A stretch of DNA of 58,737 nt, taken from Bacteroidia bacterium. GTDB taxonomy: Bacteria > Bacteroidota > Bacteroidia > NS11-12g > UBA955. Below the pieces are notes generated by a model. That model was not told the origin of the DNA. It worked only from the letters and a program-made list of their open reading frames with translations, and ran no database searches. The number at the start of each line of letters is the position of its first letter. Position 1 is the first letter of the stretch. The stretch lies in the NCBI GenBank assembly GCA_044377005.1, contig JBILJV010000006.1, positions 1 through 58,737 on the forward strand. Direction: 5' to 3'. The position numbers and the translations under genes were made by a program. Of the stretch, positions 47,301 to 56,849 are shown piece after piece.

Positions 47301-48296
47301 ATGGAAAAAGCAACGCTTAAAAATGCAAGAGTACTTGTAACTGGAGGGGCCGGTTTTATTGGTAACAATTTGGTCCGAAAACTCTTGTCCGAAAATGTAT
47401 CAAAAATACTCATTATGGACAATCAATCCTCGGGTATGTCTGTTTTTTTACCTAATGACCCACGCATTGTTTTTGTGGGAATGGACATTGATAAAATGGA
47501 CAAACTAAACTTTGTTATTAATCAACATGAGTTTGATTATGTTTTTCATTTGGCAGCCCATTTTGCAAATCAAAATTCTGTCGACCACCCATTCAGTGAC
47601 ATTCAAACTAACATTGTAGGAACTGTTGGTTTGTTAGAAATACTAAAATCTCACAAAAGTTTGCAAAAATTTGTTTATGCTAGTAGCAGTTGTGTTTATG
47701 GCACTGCCGAACAAATGGATGAAAATACTTTTATCTATCCTTCGGAAACCCCATACTCTATCAATAAATATACGGCCGAACTATATACCCAATACTACGC
47801 TCACTTGTTCCATGTTCCTACTGTTTCTATTCGTATTTTTAATACCTATGGACCTTATGAACTAGCTGGGAAATACCGAAATGTTATTCCTAATTTTATT
47901 GAAAAAGCACTGAATAATGAGGACTTGATAATCACAGGAACAGGAAAAGAAACCAGAGATTTTACGTATGTAGATGATCTTATTGATTTAATGATTTCAG
48001 CAGCACTTGGACCAAACAAAGACGGTGAAATTTTTAATGGTGGCACAGGAACAAAAACTGAAATACTAAAAATGTCGGAAATAATAAAAGAAGCAACAGG
48101 TTCTTTGTCTAATATTATTTTTAAACCCGCTAGAGCATGGGATAAAGTAAAAGACAGAGTGTCCGATACTTCCAAATCTGCTTCAGAATTGGGCTATCAA
48201 CCGAAAGTAAATATCGAAGAAGGGTTGCAAAAAACCATTAAATGGTACAAAGAAAACTACGATAAAGTTAAATCTTTAAAAAACTATTTTGAATAA
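47301..48296 (+). CDS. NAD-dependent nucleotide-sugar epimerase/dehydratase (extended SDR)
   Basis: VTGGAGFIG, HLAA, ASSSCVYG, YSINK (YxxxK), RIFNTYGP, RDFTYVDD. Confidence 0.93.
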   Translation: MEKATLKNARVLVTGGAGFIGNNLVRKLLSENVSKILIMDNQSSGMSVFLPNDPRIVFVGMDIDKMDKLNFVINQHEFDYVFHLAAHFANQNSVDHPFSDIQTNIVGTVGLLEILKSHKSLQKFVYASSSCVYGTAEQMDENTFIYPSETPYSINKYTAELYTQYYAHLFHVPTVSIRIFNTYGPYELAGKYRNVIPNFIEKALNNEDLIITGTGKETRDFTYVDDLIDLMISAALGPNKDGEIFNGGTGTKTEILKMSEIIKEATGSLSNIIFKPARAWDKVKDRVSDTSKSASELGYQPKVNIEEGLQKTIKWYKENYDKVKSLKNYFE

Positions 48297-49055
48297 ATGA
48301 CATTCAATATTTCAAGACGAATATTAGTTGTATTACCCGCTTACAATGAAGAAGAAAACATAGGCGACCTCCTTTCGCAGATACAATTTGCATTGGAAAA
48401 TGACAGCAAAACAAACTATAAGGTATTTGTAGTAAATGACGGAAGTAGAGACAAAACCGAAGAAATAGTTAAAAAAATGGCTGAGTCTATGCCTATTGAA
48501 CTTATCGTTCACGAAGTTAATCAAGGATTGGGAGCCACCATAAGAGACGGATTATACAGGGCTGTCAATGACTCTAACAAAAATGACATCATTATTACAA
48601 TGGATGCTGACGCTACTCATAATCCTGGACTTATTTTAAGACTCATGAGAATGATTATTGAGGGGCATGATGTTGTTATTGCCTCAAGATTTCAACCAGG
48701 AGCAAGGGTCATTGGTTTGGTTTGGTATAGAAAATTATTAAGTATCTTAGCTTCTATTATTTTTAGAATTACCTACCCTATCAAAGGGGTTAAAGATTAC
48801 ACATGCGGCTATAGAGCTATACGTGCAGATGTACTCAAAAGTGCGATGGATGAATATGGCGAGAGGTTTTTCGACCAAGATGGTTTTCAAGCCTTGGTCG
48901 ACATATTACTAAAACTAAGAAAAAGAAAACTATTGTTCGGCGAAACCCCACTCATTTTAAGATACGACCAAAAAGGTGGTATGAGTAAAATGAATGTCGG
49001 AAGAACTATCAAAAAAACACTCATTCTAATTGTTAAAAGATTTTTTGTTAATTAA
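48297..49055 (+). CDS. GT2 polyprenol-phosphate glycosyltransferase (DPM1-like)
   Basis: LPAYNEEENI, VNDGSRD, NQGLG, MDADATH, DVVIASRF, DYTCGYRA. Confidence 0.9.
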   Translation: MTFNISRRILVVLPAYNEEENIGDLLSQIQFALENDSKTNYKVFVVNDGSRDKTEEIVKKMAESMPIELIVHEVNQGLGATIRDGLYRAVNDSNKNDIIITMDADATHNPGLILRLMRMIIEGHDVVIASRFQPGARVIGLVWYRKLLSILASIIFRITYPIKGVKDYTCGYRAIRADVLKSAMDEYGERFFDQDGFQALVDILLKLRKRKLLFGETPLILRYDQKGGMSKMNVGRTIKKTLILIVKRFFVN

Positions 49056-49057
49056 TC

Positions 49058-51103
49058 ATGAATAAACAAACAGCTCCTAAAAAAACTGTTGTTAAAAATA
49101 ACATAAACGTTAAAACTAAAACGACTGTTTCTTTTATTGAAAAAAATGCACTCAAAATTGCAATAGTTTTGGCAGTATTTGCCCTATTTTTACGTTTATA
49201 CCGCATAGGATTTTTATCCCTTTGGGTAGACGAATACATGCATGCTATTGCCGCAATTAATGGCAAATTCAAGCATGGTGAAAACAATGGCATTTTGCTT
49301 ACTTGGTTCAACACCCTATTTAGTTTTATACTTGGTAAAACCGAATTTGCAATGCGTTTCCCTGTCGCACTATTAGGTGCTGCTCTAATCCCAACTGTTT
49401 ACGTATTAGGTCAAAGAATTGCCAATTTCAGAGTTGGTTTAATGGCAGCTCTGTTCTGTACTATCTCGCTATATCTAATTTTTTGGAGTAGAGTAGACCG
49501 TCCTTATGGCATGGTTGCTACATTTTATATGCCACTTTTATTGGTTTTTTGGTTACTATTAGAGTCCAAATCTAAAACAGAAAATGCTTTGTCGAAATTT
49601 GGGATTAACCCAAAGTATATTCCATGGCTAGTATTGGCTCTAGCACTTTCTATGATGAGTCAATTAATTTGTTTCTTGTTTATTTTTTCTGCAGGTATGT
49701 ACGGCACCTTGGCAGCAATAGACTCTTGGGTAACAAAAACAAGTAAACCATGGCAATTTAATGCTTACAACCTGTTGTTTATCCTTAATATCACCGCTAT
49801 TATTTTACTGCTTACACCGTTTGGAAATAAAATAATGCGTCCAATTATAGAGCTTTTTTTACCTCCTAATATTGCCACATTAATATTGCCAAATATGAAG
49901 GAAGTATTGGTTCAATTTTCTGGTGAAAATTCTTCTAAATCTTTAGACGTGTACTTAGGAGTTATTAATACCGATTTCAAGGGTCTGAAATACTTTGCTT
50001 GGATTGGCTTTGTTGTTTCTTTTATTAAAAACCGAAAACTATCTTATTTCCTAATCTCCACTTTTGTAGTTCCATTTCTGCTTATGAGCTATGTATTTAG
50101 AGAACCTGTTCATGCAAAATACCTTACTTATATTTATCCTGTATTTATGATAAGTGCAGCTTATGCTCTTTATTTCATTGCATTTGTTGTAGCCAAATCT
50201 GTGAGTCAATCGTTTTCTGAAAACAATATTTCTTACAATAATGCTATGCTAATACTTTTTGTTTTTTTAAGCATAGGGGTTAGTAAAAGAAAAGATATTT
50301 CTGAAATGTTAAAAACAGAGAAACATGGTAATATTGTTCCGAAAGAAATTTCTGAAATTCACTTTGTTAACTGGAAGCAACCTTGTTTATTTATCAAAGA
50401 ACAGTATCAAAAAGGCGATGTTGTAATGGCAACAGTTCAACAAGCACCAAGTTTTTATTTGCAATTAGATACAGTAGTTTGGTTTCGCCAAATGCACTAT
50501 GACGCAGCTCAGAAAAAATACGTCCCGAACCTTTCAGACAAAAGAGAAAAAAGCGCTTATACTTTTGAACAATTAGTAAAAACTTTTCAAAACAATCCTC
50601 GTGGTTGGTTATTGGCTGATTATTATTTTGACAATGCATTAACAGATCCTAGGGCCAAACAATTTGTTGAACAAAATTTTACTTACCACTTTGAAGCTTG
50701 TGCTGATGGTGCAGTTAAAGTATTTAGTTGGAATAAGGCCAAACCTAAATCTTACCAAAGTGCATTTGTTTTTGAGTTAGGGAAAAATCCTAACCAATCC
50801 GCCTCTACTCCCTTTGGAATAAATATTAACCGTGCCTCATTACCTCCCAAAGTCAATCTTTATTTACTAGCACAAGGTATAGACAGTAATTCCGAAGCTT
50901 ATGTCATTATAAACGATAACTCCAATAAAGCAATCCCAATAAAAAGCAATGGTAAACCAAACCAAATTGACTATTGTTTTGCAGAAGTCGATGCTTCATT
51001 GTTTGTAAATGGTGAAAATAAAATTCAATTTGCCTATAATGATACAGAAGGAAATGGTGACCTTATCAAAGGATTTGTTATCTTTAATATTGAAATAAGA
51101 TAA
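49058..51103 (+). CDS. GT-C fold membrane glycosyltransferase (GT39/GT83, ArnT/PMT-like) with C-terminal periplasmic domains
   Basis: FLRLYRIG..SLWVDE, EFAMRFP, WSRVDRPY; multiple TMs; soluble beta-rich C-terminus. Confidence 0.82.
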   Translation: MNKQTAPKKTVVKNNINVKTKTTVSFIEKNALKIAIVLAVFALFLRLYRIGFLSLWVDEYMHAIAAINGKFKHGENNGILLTWFNTLFSFILGKTEFAMRFPVALLGAALIPTVYVLGQRIANFRVGLMAALFCTISLYLIFWSRVDRPYGMVATFYMPLLLVFWLLLESKSKTENALSKFGINPKYIPWLVLALALSMMSQLICFLFIFSAGMYGTLAAIDSWVTKTSKPWQFNAYNLLFILNITAIILLLTPFGNKIMRPIIELFLPPNIATLILPNMKEVLVQFSGENSSKSLDVYLGVINTDFKGLKYFAWIGFVVSFIKNRKLSYFLISTFVVPFLLMSYVFREPVHAKYLTYIYPVFMISAAYALYFIAFVVAKSVSQSFSENNISYNNAMLILFVFLSIGVSKRKDISEMLKTEKHGNIVPKEISEIHFVNWKQPCLFIKEQYQKGDVVMATVQQAPSFYLQLDTVVWFRQMHYDAAQKKYVPNLSDKREKSAYTFEQLVKTFQNNPRGWLLADYYFDNALTDPRAKQFVEQNFTYHFEACADGAVKVFSWNKAKPKSYQSAFVFELGKNPNQSASTPFGININRASLPPKVNLYLLAQGIDSNSEAYVIINDNSNKAIPIKSNGKPNQIDYCFAEVDASLFVNGENKIQFAYNDTEGNGDLIKGFVIFNIEIR

Positions 51104-51145
51104 TCATTTCATATCTTTATATAAAACTTGTTGTTAGTTTAGCAC

Positions 51146-51153
51146 TAAATTTG
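51146..51153 (+). promoter_or_regulatory. -7 box (TAAATTTG)
   Basis: Exact TAnnTTTG upstream of ATG 51180. Confidence 0.5.
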
Positions 51154-51179
51154 TATTAGACTTAGTTGTCTTAATTTCT

Positions 51180-53888
51180 ATGAAAAAAATATTTAAAATT
51201 ACAGGGGTAACTTTGATTGTTATTCTGTTTGCTTTAATTGCTGCCCCTTTCTTATTTAAGGGTAAAATAATTGAAGGTATTAAAAAAGAAGCTAATAAAT
51301 CATTAAATGCTGAATTTAACTTTGATGAAAATGCCATTGGACTCTCTTTAATAAAAAATTTTCCAAATATGTCTCTAACTTTAGAAAGAGTAAGTATTGT
51401 AGGAAAAGATTCATTTAAGGGTGACACTTTGGTATATCTTCCAAAAATCAATGCACAACTTGACTTAATGTCCTTTTTCAAAGGCTCAAGTATTAAAATC
51501 AATAAAATAGCACTTACTCAACCTTTCATTCAACTATTAGTGCTTAAAAATGGCCAAAGTAATTGGGATATTTCAATTCCAGATACCACTTCAACCGAGA
51601 GTGATACGAGTTCAATGTTTGACATTAAACTTAAAAAACTAAGTATTGAAAATGGTATCCTAAAATACAGTGACGAATCATTGAATTTTTCTACTTCACT
51701 TTACCAATTTAATCATGACTTAAAAGGCGATTTTAATCAAGATAATTTTTTACTAGAAACAATTACTGAGGTGGAAAAATTGACCTTGAATTATGGAGGT
51801 ATTAGTTATTTGTACAACATTAAATCTGCAGTTAAAGCAAATTTAAACATGGATATGAAAAACATGAAATTTACATTTTCCGACAATGATATATTACTTA
51901 ATGATTTGAACATTGGTGGTGAAGGTTATGTGGACATGAATGAAAATGACATGGATTTTGACATAGTTTTTAATACCAAAAAATCAGACTTTAAAACCTT
52001 CTTATCTCTAATTCCTGGCGTTTATTCGACAAGTTTCAAAGACCTAAAATCCAACGGGAAATTGGAATTAAGCGGCTATTTTAAAGGCAAAATGACAGAT
52101 GAACAAATGCCTGGCTATGGTTTAAAAATAGACATTGACAATGGTCAATTCAAATACCCCAATTTACCCAAATCACTCAACAATGTCTTTGTAAATTTAA
52201 ATATCGACAACCCAACAGGAGGTTCAGATGCTACAATTATTGATCTTAAAAGATTTGAGATGGTAATGGCTGGAGAACCTTTTAAAGCACAATTATTTGC
52301 CAAAAATTTTGAGAGTAACCCATATATAAAAGGTTTTGTAAAAGGTGCCATAAAACTAGACGAGTTTAGAAGCTTTATTCCTTTGGACAAATCAACATTG
52401 ATCACTGGTAAAATTACCAGTGATTTAGAGTTTGATGGATATACCAAAGACATTGAAAATTCAAATTACAATAAATTCAAAGCAAGCGGCAACTTATTGG
52501 CTCAAAATTTCCAATTCAAAGACCCTGAAATGTTGAAACAAGGAACTAAATTAGAAACATTACTTAGTTTCTCTCCTCAAAAAGTTGACATAAAATACTT
52601 GAATGGTACGATTGGAATGAGCGACTTTGCGGTAGTAGGATATTTGGATAATTTATTTTCGTATTTTACAAAAGATGAGCTCCTTACTGGAAAATTCAGC
52701 TTACAATCCAACTATATTAATGCCAACGAATTCCTAACAGATGATGAAGTTGTGAAAGAACCAACAGTTAATGACACTGTATCTTTAGAAGCATTTGATG
52801 TTCCCGAAAATTTAGACTTTACTCTTAAATCACAAATCAATAAACTGGTTTATGACAATCTTATTTTAACCCAATTAAATGGAGATGTAATAATCAAAGA
52901 AAAACAATTAATTTTTAATCAATTAGCCGTTCAAATATTGGGTGGTTCAATGACCTTAAATGGTATTTACGATTCGCACCAACCTCAGTTTCCATTTAGT
53001 AATATCAACTTTAATGTAAGCTCTCTTGACATTATTAAAACCTACCAATATTTTGATATTGTCAAAAAATTAGCCCCTATAGCCCAATACACTCAAGGTC
53101 TTTTTAATTCGCAAATCAAATTACAAAATAATTTCAATAAAGACTTAAGTGTCAATTACCCAACCGTAACTGGTGAACTACAAATGGGAATTTCAGGCGC
53201 TTCTTTAAAAAACATGCCGTTACTAAACCAATTGGCAAGTGAGTTAAAAATTACCAAATTAAACAACTTAAGTTTAAAAGACCTCAATTTTAAATTGAAA
53301 ATTGACAATGGCAAGGTGTTATTAGACAGTTTAAAAATGGCATTATGGCCGGGTGCAAATGCCAAGATTAGTGGTTTTTCAGCTTTAGACCAAAGCATTC
53401 AATACATTGCTAAATTGAGTATCCCTAGGAAAGATTTTGGAGAAGCCAATACTGTCCTTAACTCACTCACTTCACAAGCTCGTACTAAAGGTGTTAATTT
53501 AGAACTGAGTGATATTGTAAATGTTGATGTATTAATTTCTGGATTCTTTAATAAACCAATTTTTAAGGTAAGTTTGGCAGAAACCAAAAAGAAATTTATA
53601 GATGATGTAAAAACTCAAATTAAGGATGAAGCAGAACAACGTAAAAAAGCATTAGAAGATGAAGCAAAACGAAGAGCTGAAATTCAAAAACAAAGAGTCA
53701 ATGATTCTTTGATGAACCTAAAGCAACAAGCGGTTGACAGAGCGAATTTAGAAAAGAAAAAAATGGAAGAAAAAATTCGTTTGGAAAAACAATTAGCTGA
53801 AGAAAAAGCTAAATCTGAGTTAGAAAAAGCCAAACAAGATGCAGCCAAAAAGGCGAAAAAAGCAATTCTTGATGGACTTAAAAAATAA
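51180..53888 (+). CDS. AsmA-family protein (lipid-bridge type)
   Basis: N-terminal TM plus PFLFKGKI, SLIKNFP, NWDI; long beta-rich body; charged coiled-coil tail. Confidence 0.88.
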   Translation: MKKIFKITGVTLIVILFALIAAPFLFKGKIIEGIKKEANKSLNAEFNFDENAIGLSLIKNFPNMSLTLERVSIVGKDSFKGDTLVYLPKINAQLDLMSFFKGSSIKINKIALTQPFIQLLVLKNGQSNWDISIPDTTSTESDTSSMFDIKLKKLSIENGILKYSDESLNFSTSLYQFNHDLKGDFNQDNFLLETITEVEKLTLNYGGISYLYNIKSAVKANLNMDMKNMKFTFSDNDILLNDLNIGGEGYVDMNENDMDFDIVFNTKKSDFKTFLSLIPGVYSTSFKDLKSNGKLELSGYFKGKMTDEQMPGYGLKIDIDNGQFKYPNLPKSLNNVFVNLNIDNPTGGSDATIIDLKRFEMVMAGEPFKAQLFAKNFESNPYIKGFVKGAIKLDEFRSFIPLDKSTLITGKITSDLEFDGYTKDIENSNYNKFKASGNLLAQNFQFKDPEMLKQGTKLETLLSFSPQKVDIKYLNGTIGMSDFAVVGYLDNLFSYFTKDELLTGKFSLQSNYINANEFLTDDEVVKEPTVNDTVSLEAFDVPENLDFTLKSQINKLVYDNLILTQLNGDVIIKEKQLIFNQLAVQILGGSMTLNGIYDSHQPQFPFSNINFNVSSLDIIKTYQYFDIVKKLAPIAQYTQGLFNSQIKLQNNFNKDLSVNYPTVTGELQMGISGASLKNMPLLNQLASELKITKLNNLSLKDLNFKLKIDNGKVLLDSLKMALWPGANAKISGFSALDQSIQYIAKLSIPRKDFGEANTVLNSLTSQARTKGVNLELSDIVNVDVLISGFFNKPIFKVSLAETKKKFIDDVKTQIKDEAEQRKKALEDEAKRRAEIQKQRVNDSLMNLKQQAVDRANLEKKKMEEKIRLEKQLAEEKAKSELEKAKQDAAKKAKKAILDGLKK

Positions 53889-53889
53889 G

Positions 53890-55380
53890 CTATTGTTTGT
53901 CTGGCTTAACTAGTAAAGTTTTTTCATTACTAACCGTTACATGTCCCTTTTCTGCACCTTTAATTTTTCGTACAAATTTTCTAAGAGTGAACATAACCGT
54001 AACCAAACTTTGTTTTCTGTTTTTTGAATAATAAGCCGCTAAAGATGCTCCCTTTTCTATCACTTTCAACGGTAATTCTTTACCCTTCTTAACCTTTATA
54101 ATCACATGACTACCACTTACATCCTTGGCATGAAGCCAAATGTCATTCTTATCACTGTAATAGTTTAATAACTTTTCATTGCTCTCAGCATGTTTGCCAA
54201 CTAATATGGAATAATCATCAAAATTAAAGAGTTTATAAGGCAAATCTTGAATAGAATCTGTTGTAATTTGCTCTTTTTTGAAAGGTTTTAATTGTTTTAA
54301 ATTTTCAGCATTTTGCAACTTTTCTTTTGTTAGCCTCAACTGATCCAATTGCTGTTGGGCTTTATCTATTTTACTGCTTAATTGTTGTAATAGATAAGGC
54401 CTACCTTTCGATTTTCTGAAATATTTATTTGCATTTTCTACAGCATTTAACTTATTGTCATAAGGCACCTCAATTATAGTTTGGTTATAAATATCTAGTA
54501 AAAATTGTTTTGACAAATCTTGATTAATTTGATGCAAACTCGACAAAATAATGTGACCAATCTCTTCATCATTTCTTTGTAGTTTAAGAGACTCTAATGC
54601 TTTTAGATTTGTTTGCAAATAAGCTTCTTTTTCTTGAATTTTTTTCTCAACTTGTTGTTTTAATTCACTTTTTTGTTGCTCATAAGTTTGTTTTCCTATG
54701 AATTGCCTTGTCCATCTACTAAATACCTCCAAAACATTATTATTTTCATCAACTGGAATAAATAAATTAGTATTCTCATCTATTTTAAACCCTTTGATTG
54801 ACCTTAATTTTTTAACTTCATTTTTGAATATTTCTTCACTTGGATTGATGTGTAGTTGATAAAATAAAGGTTCGGGCAAAAAGGAGTATTTCTTTTTGAA
54901 TAAAGACAATTCATTGAAAACATGTGACTCAAAATCAAGCTGCCGATTCAATGTATTCTCATTGAACACAAAATTCAAATCAGTTTCTATGTGTTTGCAA
55001 AAATGCTCAATCGTTTGATTGTTGTGAATCAACATTACATTTGACTTTCTTCCAAAACATTTAAAAAAAAGGATGAAATTATTATTAAGTTGAATGTGAA
55101 AACTTCTATCAAATGGATGCGTTATTACCGATTCAACGTAACTGTCTATAACTTCAGTAAATTGGGGTTTAAACAATCTACTTTTCCCAATCATTTGTTC
55201 ATCAATATCAAATAATAATTCACCATTTAAAAAATTACATTTCACAACTGTATTTTCAAAGCAAAAGATTAATTCATTAGGACTATTACTGAAACAATCG
55301 ATAAGTTTAGAATGCTGTATTTTCTGATGCAATGCTTTCGCTATTGATTCGATTACAAAACAACTGTGGTGTGTAAGCAT
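53890..55380 (-). CDS. NFACT/RqcH (FbpA)-family ribosome quality-control protein
   Basis: FDRSF, GRKSNV, ENANKYFRKSK, coiled coil, NFACT-R domain ILVGK...N..L...DIWLHAKDVSGSHV...AAYYSK. Confidence 0.88.
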   Translation of the reverse strand: MLTHHSCFVIESIAKALHQKIQHSKLIDCFSNSPNELIFCFENTVVKCNFLNGELLFDIDEQMIGKSRLFKPQFTEVIDSYVESVITHPFDRSFHIQLNNNFILFFKCFGRKSNVMLIHNNQTIEHFCKHIETDLNFVFNENTLNRQLDFESHVFNELSLFKKKYSFLPEPLFYQLHINPSEEIFKNEVKKLRSIKGFKIDENTNLFIPVDENNNVLEVFSRWTRQFIGKQTYEQQKSELKQQVEKKIQEKEAYLQTNLKALESLKLQRNDEEIGHIILSSLHQINQDLSKQFLLDIYNQTIIEVPYDNKLNAVENANKYFRKSKGRPYLLQQLSSKIDKAQQQLDQLRLTKEKLQNAENLKQLKPFKKEQITTDSIQDLPYKLFNFDDYSILVGKHAESNEKLLNYYSDKNDIWLHAKDVSGSHVIIKVKKGKELPLKVIEKGASLAAYYSKNRKQSLVTVMFTLRKFVRKIKGAEKGHVTVSNEKTLLVKPDKQ

Positions 55381-56774
55381 TAAGATTTTGGGGATGACTG
55401 ATGGTTGAAAAAATAATACAATGGAACACCTAAAACCACCAAAATCAACCCAACAATGGCATATCCAGGCGACTGAACGATAGAATAGTAAACCAAAAAG
55501 GCACTAAATAATGAGAAAACTAAAGGTATAATAGGATAAAGTGGCACTTTAAATGGTCTATTTTCATTGGGCATTTTTCTTCTTAATATGATGACACCAA
55601 AAGCGCCACAACCATAAAATATAAATGCAACAAAAACCAACATTTCTGTTAACATATTAAAACTTCCACTAATAATTAACACTAAACACCAGAATAATTG
55701 CAATAATATGGCTTTGTGCGGAGTTAAAAATTTAGGATGAGAAAAACCAGCTTTCTTAAAGAATAAACCATCTTTGGCCATTGCATAATAAATGCGTGGA
55801 GCTGTCATTAAACTGTTGTTAGTGCTATTAAATGTACTGACTATTATTAGTATTGAAATAAAAAGCCCTCCCATTACCCATACTTGCTTTATTCCTGCAA
55901 TAGCTGCAACTTGATTGTCTTGTTGGTAAATTTGATTGTAGAACGAAATATTACCTAGTTTAAAAAAAGCTGCATTTACAAATACGTATAATACCATTAC
56001 TATAGTAGTTCCTAATGCCAATGCAATTGGAATATTTTTCTTTGGATTTTTAATTTCACCACCCAAAAAACCTACATTATTCCATCCTTCGTAAGCCCAA
56101 AACGCGGCTAACATTGCAGAAAAAAACATTGGCAAAAAGTCAATGTCCTTAAATTGGTTCGACTGAGATTGTATGGAATTATCGCCCATAACAAATGAAA
56201 AAATAATAATAAAAAACACACCCAAAACAATCGCGGAACCAAATAGATTACTTATTTTCTCGCCATAATCTATGCCGCGATAATTAATCATTGATAAAAC
56301 TAAAACTAATAAACAAGCTATTGATTTTACTCCTAAATTATTAAAAGGCTGTAATTCAAAATCATAAACAGAAATTAAAGTCCAATTTGCCCAATATGAT
56401 GAGGCTTGTGGTAACGGAATTAAATTATTAATAGATTCTGCAAATACGAAAGCTACAGATGCCGCAGTTGCTGTTTGAATAACAGAAAATGAGGCCCAAC
56501 CAAACAAAAAAGCAAATAACTTACCATACATGATCTGAAAATAAACATATTGCCCACCCGGTTTAGCAATCATTCCTGCTACTTCAGCATTACTTAGTGA
56601 ACCCATCAAAGTAATTAATCCAGCACATGCCCATGCTACAAGTACCCAAACACTGTCTTGTAAGTTGTAACTCATTTGGGAAATCTGTTTGAAAACACCA
56701 CTTCCAATCATAGCACTAACCACAACCATTACTGCAGAAAAAACTCCAAGTTTTTGTTTTAGTTCTTGTGACAT
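55380..56774 (-). CDS. APC-family amino acid permease
   Basis: MIGSGVF, GGQYVY, WAYEGW, EIKNPKKNIP, PRIYYAMAKDG, RPFKVP. Confidence 0.93.
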   Translation of the reverse strand: MSQELKQKLGVFSAVMVVVSAMIGSGVFKQISQMSYNLQDSVWVLVAWACAGLITLMGSLSNAEVAGMIAKPGGQYVYFQIMYGKLFAFLFGWASFSVIQTATAASVAFVFAESINNLIPLPQASSYWANWTLISVYDFELQPFNNLGVKSIACLLVLVLSMINYRGIDYGEKISNLFGSAIVLGVFFIIIFSFVMGDNSIQSQSNQFKDIDFLPMFFSAMLAAFWAYEGWNNVGFLGGEIKNPKKNIPIALALGTTIVMVLYVFVNAAFFKLGNISFYNQIYQQDNQVAAIAGIKQVWVMGGLFISILIIVSTFNSTNNSLMTAPRIYYAMAKDGLFFKKAGFSHPKFLTPHKAILLQLFWCLVLIISGSFNMLTEMLVFVAFIFYGCGAFGVIILRRKMPNENRPFKVPLYPIIPLVFSLFSAFLVYYSIVQSPGYAIVGLILVVLGVPLYYFFNHQSSPKS

Positions 56775-56849
56775 CGATATATGCGAACTTAAGAAAAAAG
56801 TTTAAACTTTATTTAAATTTCCCATTTATTTTATCAAATTTGTAAACAC

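Noticed and set aside
53580-53888. Lys/Glu/Ala-rich repetitive tail of the AsmA protein
   Set aside because: Coiled-coil low complexity at the protein level, usual for Bacteroidota AsmA proteins; no DNA-level repeat.
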